From: an uncultured Pseudobdellovibrionaceae bacterium
GTDB taxonomy: Bacteria; Pseudomonadota; Alphaproteobacteria; Micavibrionales; Micavibrionaceae
Reading direction: 5' to 3'
Assembly (NCBI GenBank): GCA_964493095.1
Contig: CAZBNG010000001.1
Span: 22,600-86,599 of the forward strand
DNA: 64,000 nt
The notes beneath the pieces were generated by a model. It was not told the origin of the DNA, did no database searches, and saw only the letters and a program-made list of their open reading frames with translations. Positions 18,986-28,287 of this stretch are shown here, one piece after another. Within the stretch, counting starts at the first letter, position 1. Each line of letters starts with the position of its first letter. The translations under genes were made by a program, and so were the position numbers.

Positions 18986-19645
18986 ATGAGCTATATTGCA
19001 CGCGCCATATCGAGCAGGGAAAAGTTGCTCGCCATTAGTCGGCCCCATTGGATTTATGTGGCCAAAGGCGCAGCCTGGCTGATTTTTTGTGTCCTCACCG
19101 GATTGGCGCTGGAGCATTTTTTATATGTTTACTTCGGCCGCAACGCTATCAATTTTAACGTCGATCTCTGGCTAGTGGAATTTAACGAACGCCGCACCCC
19201 CTTTCCCTGGATTTTCGATTTTATGGGTGTGGTCATGTTCTGGTCCTATTTTTCGATTTATGTCTCACACGAGGTGGGGCTGACCGACCAGCGTTATATT
19301 TATAAAAAAGGCCTGTTCTTTATTACTGTGGAGCAGGTCGATCTGGAGGACATCCGTGCCGAAGACGTTCACCATGGTCTTCTGGGCTGGCTTTTCCGTT
19401 ACGGCTATATTCATCTGGACGCCCTGTTTACCGAGGATTTATACCTGCCCGCCATGAGCAAGCCCTACGCGCTTATCAAGGAATCCCACAAAGCGCGCGC
19501 GAAGCAGCCCCAGACAAAATACGACAAGGAAGAGCTTGAAGTGAACCTGGAGCGGATAAGCCAGCAGGAAGACGCCGCGAGGGCGCATGTTAAAATCAAG
19601 GCTCTGCACGACCGGGTTTTACGGGTTTTCCGCAAGGCCGCTTAA
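18986..19645 (+). CDS. Membrane protein, possibly bacterial PH-domain (YdbT-like) family
   Basis: The start is set at the ATG at 18986 (MSYIARAISSREKLLAISRPHWIY), followed by two hydrophobic helices. The family call is weak. Confidence 0.4.
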   Translation: MSYIARAISSREKLLAISRPHWIYVAKGAAWLIFCVLTGLALEHFLYVYFGRNAINFNVDLWLVEFNERRTPFPWIFDFMGVVMFWSYFSIYVSHEVGLTDQRYIYKKGLFFITVEQVDLEDIRAEDVHHGLLGWLFRYGYIHLDALFTEDLYLPAMSKPYALIKESHKARAKQPQTKYDKEELEVNLERISQQEDAARAHVKIKALHDRVLRVFRKAA

Positions 19646-19666
19646 AGCATAATATTACCTTTTATA

Positions 19667-19696
19667 TTGACATAATTATAATTCGCAATCTATAGT
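19667..19696 (+). promoter_or_regulatory. Sigma-70-like promoter candidate TTGACA-N18-TATAGT
   Basis: The -35 TTGACA is at 19667-19672 and the -10 TATAGT at 19691-19696, ~37 nt upstream of the ATG at 19733. An AAGGGAAAG Shine-Dalgarno-like tract lies between them and the start. Confidence 0.4.
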
Positions 19697-19732
19697 CCGC
19701 GCTCGGTACGATAATTAAGGGAAAGATTGTTT

Positions 19733-20107
19733 ATGTCTTTATATACGAGACGCCGCGTTTTAACTACTTTAATTGGCGGAGCCGCCGGGTATGCATTATC
19801 AAAGACTGTATCGGCTCTGGCAGTATCTGGCACGGAGCACGAAATCGCTTTGCATGAAAGAACCCTGGCAGAACGGGTGCGGGCCGCCGCTCTTGCGAAG
19901 CGGGAAACATTTAATGACACTGCACCTGTTTCTGAGGATCCTTCTACAAAGGCTCTGTTCAAAGCCGTAGCTCTTGGCGCCGATCTCGGGGCGAAAAAAT
20001 GGGCTTTTTATTCTAATATCCTTCTCACAGGGGCAGGAGGTCTGGCGGGCCTGTTCTGGCCCTGGTCACCTAAGCCCGTTTCTTCTCCTGCTGATCCTCA
20101 GCCGTAA
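19733..20107 (+). CDS. Small exported protein with a twin-arginine-like signal
   Basis: The N-terminus is MSLYTRRRVLTTLIGGAAGYALSKTVSALA. The 3' end overlaps the convergent rmuC by 38 nt. Confidence 0.4.
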   Translation: MSLYTRRRVLTTLIGGAAGYALSKTVSALAVSGTEHEIALHERTLAERVRAAALAKRETFNDTAPVSEDPSTKALFKAVALGADLGAKKWAFYSNILLTGAGGLAGLFWPWSPKPVSSPADPQP

Positions 20108-21230
20108 GATTGAGTGCGCGCGGCGCTTCCTCTATCGCCTGCAATTCCGGCAACTCCTTATCAGCCGCACCGCCCTGAAGTTCCTTAAATTTGCGGGCGG
20201 CAGGAAGGACAGAGCGCTCCAGCGAACCTACCGCCTCGTCATACCCCTTCATCGCGCCCTGCAATCCCTTGCCGATCTTTTCAATGTGCCCGGTAAAGCT
20301 CAGCAGCCGCTTATATAAATCCGTACCGCGCTGGGAGATTTCCTGCGCGTTTTTCGCCAGTTCCATTTGCCGCCAGCTTAGCGACACCACGCGCAGCAGG
20401 CTCATCAGCAACGTAGGGGAAGCGATGATCACGTTCTGGGAAGATGCGAAATCCACAAGCTGCGGGTCACCGCGCAGGGCCATGGAATAGATGTGCTCAG
20501 AGGGCAGGAACAGCACGGTGAAATCCGGGCTCTCTAAATTTTCCCAGTATCCCTTGCGCCCCAGCGCCTTTACATGTTCACGCACCTGCCGCGCCAGATT
20601 GCCCATCAGGGCGGCATGATCCGCCTCGCTCATATCCTCGGAAAGACGCTGCACAAAATCGTTCAGCGGGGCCTTGGCGTCGACGATGATCTTGAACCCG
20701 TCCTGCATGTCGATGACCGCATCGGGCCGCTGGCGTCCGTTTTCACCCTCGATGCTGACCTGCGTGTGGTAGTGCACGCCTTTCATCAGGCCGGATTTTT
20801 CCAGCACACCCTCCAGGATAAATTCTCCCCAGACACCCTGCGCGCTGGGATCGCGAAGCGCCCCCACCAGCTTGGCCGTCTCGCGGCTCAGGTGCTTAAG
20901 ATCTTCCCGCAGGGCCTGGTCCGTGCCCTTCACCTGTTCAAGCGCCCCCGACATAGCCTTAAGATTTTCCTGAACCGGCTTCATAAGCTCGTCAATAGCC
21001 TTGGCGCGTTTATCCAGCTCATGCGCTCCGTCGGCGTGATGTTTTTTGAATGTCTCTTCCGCGCGCTGCAAGAATGCCTCATGCGCCATTTGCACGGCTT
21101 CCTGCGCTGTTAGCCGGAAACGGTTTTCCATGGCCGAATCCGTTCCGGAAGCCCGGCTTTTGAAAAACAGATACGCCGCGCCAGCGCCCAGAATAAATCC
21201 GATTAAAATAAATGCTATAGATTCCATCAT
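20070..21230 (-). CDS. rmuC: DNA recombination protein RmuC
   Basis: It has an N-terminal TM helix, a coiled-coil region and a C-terminal region (WGEFILEGVLEKSGL, RPDAVI) typical of RmuC. Confidence 0.85.
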   Translation of the reverse strand: MMESIAFILIGFILGAGAAYLFFKSRASGTDSAMENRFRLTAQEAVQMAHEAFLQRAEETFKKHHADGAHELDKRAKAIDELMKPVQENLKAMSGALEQVKGTDQALREDLKHLSRETAKLVGALRDPSAQGVWGEFILEGVLEKSGLMKGVHYHTQVSIEGENGRQRPDAVIDMQDGFKIIVDAKAPLNDFVQRLSEDMSEADHAALMGNLARQVREHVKALGRKGYWENLESPDFTVLFLPSEHIYSMALRGDPQLVDFASSQNVIIASPTLLMSLLRVVSLSWRQMELAKNAQEISQRGTDLYKRLLSFTGHIEKIGKGLQGAMKGYDEAVGSLERSVLPAARKFKELQGGAADKELPELQAIEEAPRALNLTAEDQQEKKRA

Positions 21231-21299
21231 AATCCAACCCCGTTATCCCGACCGGAGCGCGTCAGCGCAAAGCGTAGGGATCCCGTTCATTGTTTGCCA

Positions 21300-21325
21300 G
21301 ATCCCTCGACTTCGCTCGGGATGAC
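21300..21325. repeat. REP-like palindromic element GATCCCTCGACTTCGCTCGGGATGAC (single copy in this window)
   Basis: It forms an ATCCC...GGGAT hairpin. An 8-bp palindrome GGGATCCC lies at 21277-21284. Translated, it gives the spurious peptide DPSTSLGMT, which I recall as typical of dispersed intergenic repeats. Confidence 0.3.
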
Positions 21326-21341
21326 GTATAATGTAGTCCTT

Positions 21342-22037
21342 ATGAAGAAGCCCCGTCAAAAAGAATCCGGCAACGCCCTCATATATGTTCTGGTTGCCAT
21401 CGCTTTATTCGCCGCGCTTACCTTCACACTGGGCCGCCAGAGTGATACCGGGGAGAGCAGCGGACTAGGGGAAGGACAGGCCGAGCTGATCGCCACGCAG
21501 CTTATCTCCTACGCGGCGCAGGCCAAACAATCTCTCGATCAGATGCTATACAGCGGCGCGAATATCGATGATATCGACTTCACCCTGCCCGGCGACGTTA
21601 ATTTTGAAACAGCGCCCACCACCGATAAAATCTATCATCCTGACGGGGGCGGCCTTATTCCCGGCAAGCTTCCCGCTAACGCCATAGACGAGAACATCGC
21701 CGATCCACCCGCAGGTTGGTACATGGGCCGGTTTAATAACGTGGAATGGACCCCGAGTGCCGCTTACGACATCATTCTCGTCGCCTACCAGATCAGCAAG
21801 CCCATCTGCGAGCAGATTAATCTGAGCATTAACGGCTCCGCCGCCATCCCGGTCATGGGCGATTCCATTATGGAGACAATGATCGATGATTCCCTGTATT
21901 CTTCCGGCACAAATGTGGAGCTAACGACTGACGGCTCCTCCACGATCTGCCCCGAATGCAACAAAATGCCTTCCCTGTGCGTGCAAAACGCGGCGCAAAC
22001 GGCCTATGGCTTTTACACCGTGCTGGCCGACCAGTGA
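21342..22037 (+). CDS. Hypothetical protein with a prepilin-like hydrophobic N-terminus
   Basis: The start was moved to the ATG at 21342 (MKKPRQKESGNALIYVLVAIALFAALTFTL). The Gly followed by a hydrophobic helix is reminiscent of type IV pilin/pseudopilin leaders, but Glu5 is absent. Confidence 0.4.
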   Translation: MKKPRQKESGNALIYVLVAIALFAALTFTLGRQSDTGESSGLGEGQAELIATQLISYAAQAKQSLDQMLYSGANIDDIDFTLPGDVNFETAPTTDKIYHPDGGGLIPGKLPANAIDENIADPPAGWYMGRFNNVEWTPSAAYDIILVAYQISKPICEQINLSINGSAAIPVMGDSIMETMIDDSLYSSGTNVELTTDGSSTICPECNKMPSLCVQNAAQTAYGFYTVLADQ

Positions 22038-22040
22038 TTT

Positions 22041-22652
22041 TTAATCGAGATATCCCGCCATGGCGGCGCGCATTTCCGAAAGGCCCGTGCCTTTATTTGC
22101 GCTGGTGGCCAGAATTTCGGGATAGGCTGCGGGATGACTTTTAAGCAAAGTGGAAATCTCCTGCGTAACCGCCGCCAGTTCCTGATCCTTTACTTTATCA
22201 ATCTTTGTTAAAACGATACGATACGACACGGCTGCTTCATCCAGCATGGCCATAAGCTCTTTGTCGCTGTCTTTCAAACCATGGCGCGAATCCACCAGAA
22301 TGAAACAGCATCGCAATGTCGGACGCCCGCGCAGATAAGCCCTGATCAGCTTTACCCACTCTTCCACCAAAGATTTGGAAACCTTGGCATAGCCGTAACC
22401 GGGCATATCGACCATATAAAGTTTTCCGGCAAGATCGAAATAATTCAGCTGCTGCGTGCGCCCCGGCGTATTGGAGGTTTTGGCCAGCGTCCTGCGGCCC
22501 GTCAGCGCATTCACCAGGGAGGATTTCCCGACATTCGAGCGACCGGCAAAGGCGATTTCCGGTTTATCGGCAGCAGGTAGCTGCCCCAGCGCCGCAACGC
22601 CCAGCATAAAATCACAGTTCTGTCTGAACAGGTGATCCGCATCCTGGGTCAT
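22041..22652 (-). CDS. engB: Ribosome biogenesis GTP-binding protein YihA/EngB
   Basis: G1 is GRSNVGKSSLVNAL, G3 is DMPGYG and G4 is TKIDK. Confidence 0.92.
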   Translation of the reverse strand: MTQDADHLFRQNCDFMLGVAALGQLPAADKPEIAFAGRSNVGKSSLVNALTGRRTLAKTSNTPGRTQQLNYFDLAGKLYMVDMPGYGYAKVSKSLVEEWVKLIRAYLRGRPTLRCCFILVDSRHGLKDSDKELMAMLDEAAVSYRIVLTKIDKVKDQELAAVTQEISTLLKSHPAAYPEILATSANKGTGLSEMRAAMAGYLD

Positions 22653-22663
22653 TGTAATGATTC

Positions 22664-24592
22664 CTATTTTTTCTTTTTTGATTTCTTCGGCTTCGGCGGC
22701 TTGATCGGTGCTGGCGGCGTGTCATCATCCTCGCCAAACAGCGCGTCTTCAACCCTGTCCTCGGCCATCTCCGCTATCGGGTGAACGGCGGGTCCTTTTT
22801 CTATAGACTCTTCAAGTTTCTTCTCTTCTTCCGTCTCCCCGAACAGGTGGATGGGAACGCCCAGAGAGCGCATAATGATCATCTGCTGAATGACCGACAG
22901 CATCGCGCTGAACGTCCAGTAGACAACAAGACCGGAAGCGAATTTGGACAAAACAAAAGTGATGATAAAGGGAAAGTAATTGGCCATATCCCGCTGAAAC
23001 TGATCCTGCGGCGGCGGGTTCAGCTTCTTCTGGATGATCATAGTGATAAGCATCAGGCAAGGCCATACGCCGATCATCAGGAAATGCGGAACCTCGTAAG
23101 GCAGCAATCCAAAAAGGTTGAATACGCTGGTCGGATCGGGCGCGGACAAATCCTGAATCCATCCGAAAAACGGCGCATGACGAATTTCAATCGTTACAAA
23201 CACGGTTTTATATAGCGCGAAGAAAATCGGGATTTGCAGGATAATGGGAATACACCCTGCCATCGGGTTTACACCTTCACGCTGGTAAAGGGCGATAAGT
23301 TCTTTCTGGAGCGCTTCCTTGTCATCGCTAAATTTCTCGCGCAGCTCAAGAACCTGAGGGCTGACCTTTTTCATTTTGGCGAAAGAGCGGTAAGATGTGT
23401 TAGTCAGCGGAAACGCCGCACTGCGAATCAGGATTGTAAGCAGGATAATCGCAATACCCATATTGCCGACATGCTGGCCCAACCAGTGCAGGATATAGAA
23501 GAACGGCTTGGTCATGAACCAGAACATGCCGAAATCCACCGCTAGGTCCAGATTGGGAACGTTCAACTCTTTTTTGTACTTGTTAAGAAGAAGAACGCGC
23601 TTTGCGCCGGTAAAAACATGGCTTGTCGTTTCGCCGGATTGCCCCGGTGCAATTTTAACGGCGGCGCCCAGAAAATCGGTCTGGTAGCGGCCGCGCGCTT
23701 CATCAACCGGGTCCGGTTTATAATTAAAAGTATATTTCGCCTGTTGCCCTTGTGGCGGAATAAGCGCCGTAAGCCAGTATTTATCGACAATGCCGATCCA
23801 GCCGCTGTCACCTTGCGCGGTTGTTTGCGGCGTTTTTTTCATGTCCTTATATGTGGGCTCGACCAGTTCGTCACCGATATACCCCATCGGCCCTTCATGT
23901 AAAATACGGGCGTTTTGCAAATGCGCCGGCAGGCCTGTCTGGGAAATAAGCGCATAAGGATAAAGCGTCACACCCGCCCCCGTGTTGTTCACCACGCGCT
24001 GCGTCACCGTAAATACATAATTCTCATCCAGCGCGATTTGCCGTTCAAAGCGAAGGCCCGATCCGTTATTCCAGCTAAGCGTCACCGGCGTGGAGGGAGT
24101 AAGATCCTGGTTGCCCTGCACGCGCCAGCGGGTTTCAGCACCGGGAACCTTTACAGTTTTATCGGCAGGCACCCAGCCATATTCAATAACGCGGGGACTT
24201 TGTGTTTCGCGGGGAGAAAGCAGCACGACGTTGTTTTTCTTCTCCAGCGTTTCAAAATAATCTTTAAAGGCAATGTCATCCAGGCGTCCGCCCGTCAGGG
24301 AGATTGAACCGAAAATGTGATCGTTATTGATGACCAGACGTCCGCCCGTCTTTTTATCTTTCTCCAGAATTTCTTCGCGTGGAAGGATTTCAATTTTTGC
24401 GGCTTCGCCGTTGGCGATCGCAAGCTGGTGAAGCTGTTCCTGTTGCTGCTGGGCTATGCGTTGTTGCTTCATGGCCTCGGTATGAGGCTTCATAAACAAG
24501 GTGTTGTAAGCGAAGTACAATACGATGGCAATAACGGCGAAGATAATCATATTGCGCATATCTTCGGGATGCATTTTGTCGTTTGGCTGCAT
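22664..24592 (-). CDS. yidC: Membrane protein insertase YidC
   Basis: It has a large periplasmic domain plus a conserved C-terminal TM core (GCIPIILQIPIFFALY), and sits in rnpA-yidD-yidC synteny. Confidence 0.95.
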   Translation of the reverse strand: MQPNDKMHPEDMRNMIIFAVIAIVLYFAYNTLFMKPHTEAMKQQRIAQQQQEQLHQLAIANGEAAKIEILPREEILEKDKKTGGRLVINNDHIFGSISLTGGRLDDIAFKDYFETLEKKNNVVLLSPRETQSPRVIEYGWVPADKTVKVPGAETRWRVQGNQDLTPSTPVTLSWNNGSGLRFERQIALDENYVFTVTQRVVNNTGAGVTLYPYALISQTGLPAHLQNARILHEGPMGYIGDELVEPTYKDMKKTPQTTAQGDSGWIGIVDKYWLTALIPPQGQQAKYTFNYKPDPVDEARGRYQTDFLGAAVKIAPGQSGETTSHVFTGAKRVLLLNKYKKELNVPNLDLAVDFGMFWFMTKPFFYILHWLGQHVGNMGIAIILLTILIRSAAFPLTNTSYRSFAKMKKVSPQVLELREKFSDDKEALQKELIALYQREGVNPMAGCIPIILQIPIFFALYKTVFVTIEIRHAPFFGWIQDLSAPDPTSVFNLFGLLPYEVPHFLMIGVWPCLMLITMIIQKKLNPPPQDQFQRDMANYFPFIITFVLSKFASGLVVYWTFSAMLSVIQQMIIMRSLGVPIHLFGETEEEKKLEESIEKGPAVHPIAEMAEDRVEDALFGEDDDTPPAPIKPPKPKKSKKKK

Positions 24593-24618
24593 GAATAAAC
24601 TGGCTCTTTTCGTCTTTA

Positions 24619-24894
24619 TTATTTCGGCTGACGCTGTTTATAGCGGATAGAACGGGGACGATCAATCGACCATTCAAATTCCTCAGGCACCGGGTCGAAA
24701 TAAGACGCGCGGCTCCACGGATGACATTTTAAAAGGCGGGCAAGCGCCAGAAAAAGCCCTTTAATTGCCCCGTGTTTTTCCAGTGCCTGATGCGCATAGC
24801 ATGAACAGGTAGGGTGAAACCGGCAATTGCGCCCCAGTAGGGGAGAGATTAAAACCGCATACAGCCTTATCAAAAATTTCAGGAATTTAACCAT
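24619..24894 (-). CDS. yidD: Membrane protein insertion efficiency factor YidD
   Basis: The motif ISPLLGRNCRFHPTCSCYA is present. Confidence 0.9.
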   Translation of the reverse strand: MVKFLKFLIRLYAVLISPLLGRNCRFHPTCSCYAHQALEKHGAIKGLFLALARLLKCHPWSRASYFDPVPEEFEWSIDRPRSIRYKQRQPK

Positions 24895-24907
24895 ATCAAT
24901 TGTTTAG

Positions 24908-25318
24908 CTATGTTTCACGTGAAACATTTAGAGAACATTCTTCCCAATGTCCCATTTTTTTAAGGCACCATTTCAGATCCTCGCAAAGCGTCTCATAAGG
25001 GCGCATCGCCGTCAATTGACGCCCGATCAGCACGTAATCGCAGGATTTTTTAGCATAAAGGGGCAAAATATCCGCCGCCACGGCGCGCAAGCGACGCTTG
25101 ATCCGGTTGCGTTTAACCGCCGATTTATCGGTTTTTTTGGTAACGGTATAGCCGACGCGGGTTTGCTCCAGCGCATTTTCGCGGGCCTGAAGCACAAGAC
25201 CGCGGGAAACCCATTTACGGGCCTGCGTGTTCATTGTCACAAAATCGGCGCGATTTTTAAGAACCGTCAGGGATTTTTGCTGGGATTTACTGGCGCGCAT
25301 GTCCATGCCGCCTTTCAA
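24908..25318 (-). CDS. rnpA: Ribonuclease P protein component
   Basis: It has the KRNRIKRRLR RNR-motif region and lies immediately downstream of rpmH. The exact start is uncertain. Confidence 0.88.
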   Translation of the reverse strand: MKGGMDMRASKSQQKSLTVLKNRADFVTMNTQARKWVSRGLVLQARENALEQTRVGYTVTKKTDKSAVKRNRIKRRLRAVAADILPLYAKKSCDYVLIGRQLTAMRPYETLCEDLKWCLKKMGHWEECSLNVSRET

Positions 25319-25324
25319 AAAAGT

Positions 25325-25459
25325 TTAGGCGCTCAGGACCTTGCGGCCTTTGGCGCGGCGGCGGGCCAGAATCTGGCGGCCATTACGGTCAGCCATACGC
25401 GCACGAAAACCATGGCGGCGTTTGCGAACAAGGCGGCTGGGTTGGAATGTACGTTTCAT
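25325..25459 (-). CDS. rpmH: 50S ribosomal protein L34
   Basis: I translated this by hand, because it is below the ORF-track size cutoff: [44 protein letters not shown], ending in TAA. Confidence 0.95.
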   Translation of the reverse strand: MKRTFQPSRLVRKRRHGFRARMADRNGRQILARRRAKGRKVLSA

Positions 25460-25503
25460 GGCTCTAAGGCTCCAAATTTCTATTAATTCGTCAAGTGGGA
25501 GGT

Positions 25504-25532
25504 TTATAAACGCCTTTCCGGGCGCGTGTCAA
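25504..25532 (-). promoter_or_regulatory. Sigma-70-like promoter candidate for rpmH (TTGACA-N17-TTATAA on the minus strand)
   Basis: The -35 element appears as the reverse complement at 25527-25532 and the -10 at 25504-25509, with a 17-nt spacer, ~45 nt upstream of the rpmH ATG. Confidence 0.4.
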
Positions 25533-25546
25533 CAATTAATCGTGTT

Positions 25547-26731
25547 TTAGCCGCCCATGGCCTTGCGCATGAAAAACCGTTTGGCCGGGCGCAGTTTTGA
25601 AACGGCGCGAAGCCCCGCGCGGCGCAGCAGCTTTACCGGGGGAATGTTGTTGGAAAACAGGCGCACCAGCCCGTCCGTCACCGCCACCATTGTCATATTA
25701 TCGAAGCGCCGTGCGCGGGAATAAGTCGCCAAAATCTCCGGCGCACCCGGATCGGCGGCATCTTTCAGCAGCGCCGCCAGCGCCCCGATATCGCGGAAGC
25801 CCAGGTTAAGCCCCTGTCCGGCTATCGGATGAATGCCATGGGCCGCATCAGCAACCAGCGCCATACGCTCCGCCGTATATTCCCCGGCATGGATGAGCGA
25901 CAGCGGATAAGCAGCGCGCTTGCCGATAACTTTTATCGCGCCGTATTCTTCTGGAAAACGCGCTTCCAGCGCCACCTGAAACGCCGCGTCGCTGTAATGC
26001 ATGAGTGAATCCTTTTCCGGCCCGTGCTCCGTGAACACCACGGAAGAGCGATGCTCGCCCTTCGGTCCGTCGGTCATGGGCAAAATGGCGAACGGCCCTT
26101 CCGGCCAGAAATGCTCCACCGCCGCGTTATGGTGCGGATTTTCGTGGCCGACGTTAAAAATGACGGCACGCTGGTTATAGGACCAGCGGCGCGCGGGCAC
26201 GTCCATCCACCCGCGCATCATGGAAGAACGCCCGTCCGCCCCCACGGCCAGCTTTGCAGAAATACGGGAGCCGTCCTCAAGATCCACATGTACACAATTC
26301 TCCCCATGCGCAAAACCGGAAACCGCCACAGGTGCAAGGTGTGTCACATTTTTAAGTGATTTCATGCGTTTCAAAAGCGCGGCGCGCATATCGGCGTTCA
26401 GCACGATCCAGCCGAAACTCTCGCCCGCCACTTCCTCGCTGAGAAAACGCAGGAGAAGCGGGCTGTCACCGTCCAGAATCCGGATGTCGCGAATGGGACA
26501 GGCGTCTTTTTCCAATGCGCTCCATATCCCCGCCCGTTCCAGTATTTTTTGCGATCCGAAGGAAACCGCAGTCGTACGCAAATCCTGCGTCTTTTGCGTA
26601 ACGGGCACATCCCGGTCGATACATACAACCTTGTGGCCCGTGTCTCCCAGCAGGCAGGCAAGACTCATCCCCGACAGGCCGCCGCCGATAATGGCAATAT
26701 CATAGAGCTGCGTTTTTGATTTCCGGACCAT
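25547..26731 (-). CDS. UbiH/UbiF/VisC/COQ6-family FAD-dependent ubiquinone biosynthesis hydroxylase
   Basis: It has the FAD fingerprint DIAIIGGGLSGMSLA and the motif DAAHGIHPIAGQGLNLGFRD. Confidence 0.88.
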   Translation of the reverse strand: MVRKSKTQLYDIAIIGGGLSGMSLACLLGDTGHKVVCIDRDVPVTQKTQDLRTTAVSFGSQKILERAGIWSALEKDACPIRDIRILDGDSPLLLRFLSEEVAGESFGWIVLNADMRAALLKRMKSLKNVTHLAPVAVSGFAHGENCVHVDLEDGSRISAKLAVGADGRSSMMRGWMDVPARRWSYNQRAVIFNVGHENPHHNAAVEHFWPEGPFAILPMTDGPKGEHRSSVVFTEHGPEKDSLMHYSDAAFQVALEARFPEEYGAIKVIGKRAAYPLSLIHAGEYTAERMALVADAAHGIHPIAGQGLNLGFRDIGALAALLKDAADPGAPEILATYSRARRFDNMTMVAVTDGLVRLFSNNIPPVKLLRRAGLRAVSKLRPAKRFFMRKAMGG

Positions 26732-26769
26732 GTCCCGTTTATAAGCAAAGCCGAAAGGAATTAAAAGCG

Positions 26770-27441
26770 TTAACGGTAGCGCGAGCGGCTACTGCCGCGG
26801 AAGGGCAGGTCGTATTCAAGGCCGAAGCGGAATTCCTGTGCCGAGTAATCTATCTGGTAACCGTTTATTTCAAGATCGTCGGACCCGATATAACGGTACC
26901 CCCCCGTCAAAGCGAGATTGGGAGACATGCGGTATTTGACGCCCGCCCCGATATGGTACGCAAAAGTCGTATTGTCGCTGGAAGTCGTCACAGCGATGCC
27001 GGAAGTATCGACAATGTTGGCTTCATGAAATCCTACACCCAGACCGGCACCGACATACGGCTGGAGCTTCCAGCGCGGCATGTTGAAATCATGATACAGG
27101 CTGAGGAACAGGAACTTGCTGGAAATATCACCGCTGGTTTCGTATGTGCCGCCCGTGCTGAAATCGGCACTGGATATATCGCCTGTACGGTAGGAAAGCT
27201 CTGCTTCAAGGCGCGTATTACGATTGAGGCGCAACCCCAGCGCTCCGGCAAAAGAGGTCGCGTTATCAACTTTAAAATCGCCGCTGGCACCGCTTGTCGA
27301 TTCGCTGAAACTCATTTCATTGAAAGTGTTAAGCCCCAGATAACCGGCAAAGTAAATCCTGCTGACCTGCGCATAAGCGGGTAGAGCAAAGGCAGCGCAA
27401 AGCGCAGTGACGGTCAGAAGTGATAAATGTTTTATCTTCAT
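26770..27441 (-). CDS. Outer-membrane beta-barrel protein (OmpA-like/porin-family barrel)
   Basis: The start is set at the ATG at 27441, giving the signal peptide MKIKHLSLLTVTALCAAFALPAYA. The sequence shows alternating amphipathic strands (AGVKYRMSPNLALTGGYRYIG). Confidence 0.7.
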   Translation of the reverse strand: MKIKHLSLLTVTALCAAFALPAYAQVSRIYFAGYLGLNTFNEMSFSESTSGASGDFKVDNATSFAGALGLRLNRNTRLEAELSYRTGDISSADFSTGGTYETSGDISSKFLFLSLYHDFNMPRWKLQPYVGAGLGVGFHEANIVDTSGIAVTTSSDNTTFAYHIGAGVKYRMSPNLALTGGYRYIGSDDLEINGYQIDYSAQEFRFGLEYDLPFRGSSRSRYR

Positions 27442-27553
27442 TGCAGAGTTAAAGCCAAAATAAAAAACGGTCGACGCAACCTGATAAGGAAGTCTATCAA
27501 ATATGCCAAAAGGGAAAAAGAGAGAACAAAAAACTATACGCTGATTACTGTTT

Positions 27554-28177
27554 TTAAGAAGAAACGGGACAGTCAACACGAGTCGGCAGGTCGGCGGCAA
27601 TCGGCTCGTCGTCGATCATCTCGATCATACCGGAAGGCTGCACGGCAAAATTGGCGATAAAGAGGGCATTGGAATAAAACACCACCGCATCGCAAAGCCA
27701 GTGCCCCTGATCGTTTTTACCCTCAAAGGAAGCCGGACGGATCGTACCTTCGATAACAGAGCGTGTCGTATCATCCATTTCCTTGGGCATGTTAGGGTCA
27801 TCCATGCTCTCGGCAATATAGAACGGACCTTCTTCCCCACGTACGAAGAAACAGAAGAAGCGTAAATATTCGAGAACGTTTTCGTCGGTAACCTTGATCG
27901 GCGCCTTGGCGTTAACTTCATGAATTGGCGGAGAGGTACCGTTCAGACGGAAAAGGTTTCCCTGATCCGTCAGGTAATAAATGCAAAGTTTTTTGTTAAC
28001 CCAGTTCGGATCCTGTACGCGCACAAGCGCCACACTGTCGTAGAAAGGCAGCATGCGCCAGTGCACCTGGGTCGTATTGGCGGACACGCGGTGTTTATCG
28101 TCGATAGGATTAATCTGCTCTAAAAATCCTGCCAGTTCGTCGCCTTCGACAGGATTCCAGTTATCATCGTGATACAT
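27554..28177 (-). CDS. Hypothetical protein (207 aa)
   Basis: The start is set at the ATG at 28177 (MYHDDNW), preceded by a strong AAGGAAG Shine-Dalgarno sequence 7 nt upstream. No family was recognised. Confidence 0.45.
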   Translation of the reverse strand: MYHDDNWNPVEGDELAGFLEQINPIDDKHRVSANTTQVHWRMLPFYDSVALVRVQDPNWVNKKLCIYYLTDQGNLFRLNGTSPPIHEVNAKAPIKVTDENVLEYLRFFCFFVRGEEGPFYIAESMDDPNMPKEMDDTTRSVIEGTIRPASFEGKNDQGHWLCDAVVFYSNALFIANFAVQPSGMIEMIDDEPIAADLPTRVDCPVSS

Positions 28178-28287
28178 AAAAAACTTCCTTGCTTGGTCAC
28201 GCCACCTAAGTCTGCCCATTGTGCGCAAGAATTCCGGCAAGTTCAAGCCCCGTTTTTACAAAATACGGGAAAACCTGTTTGATAAAC

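Noticed and set aside
24600..25546. Possible chromosomal origin next to rpmH-rnpA-yidD-yidC
   Set aside because: No dnaA gene is adjacent (a ubiH-family gene lies upstream instead), and I saw no cluster of DnaA boxes. The only TATCCACA-like match I noticed is a single copy near 36053, upstream of dotD.
26716..27384. A 222-aa plus-strand ORF overlapping the outer-membrane barrel gene
   Set aside because: The minus-strand product has a signal peptide and beta-barrel periodicity. The plus-strand product lacks any signature.
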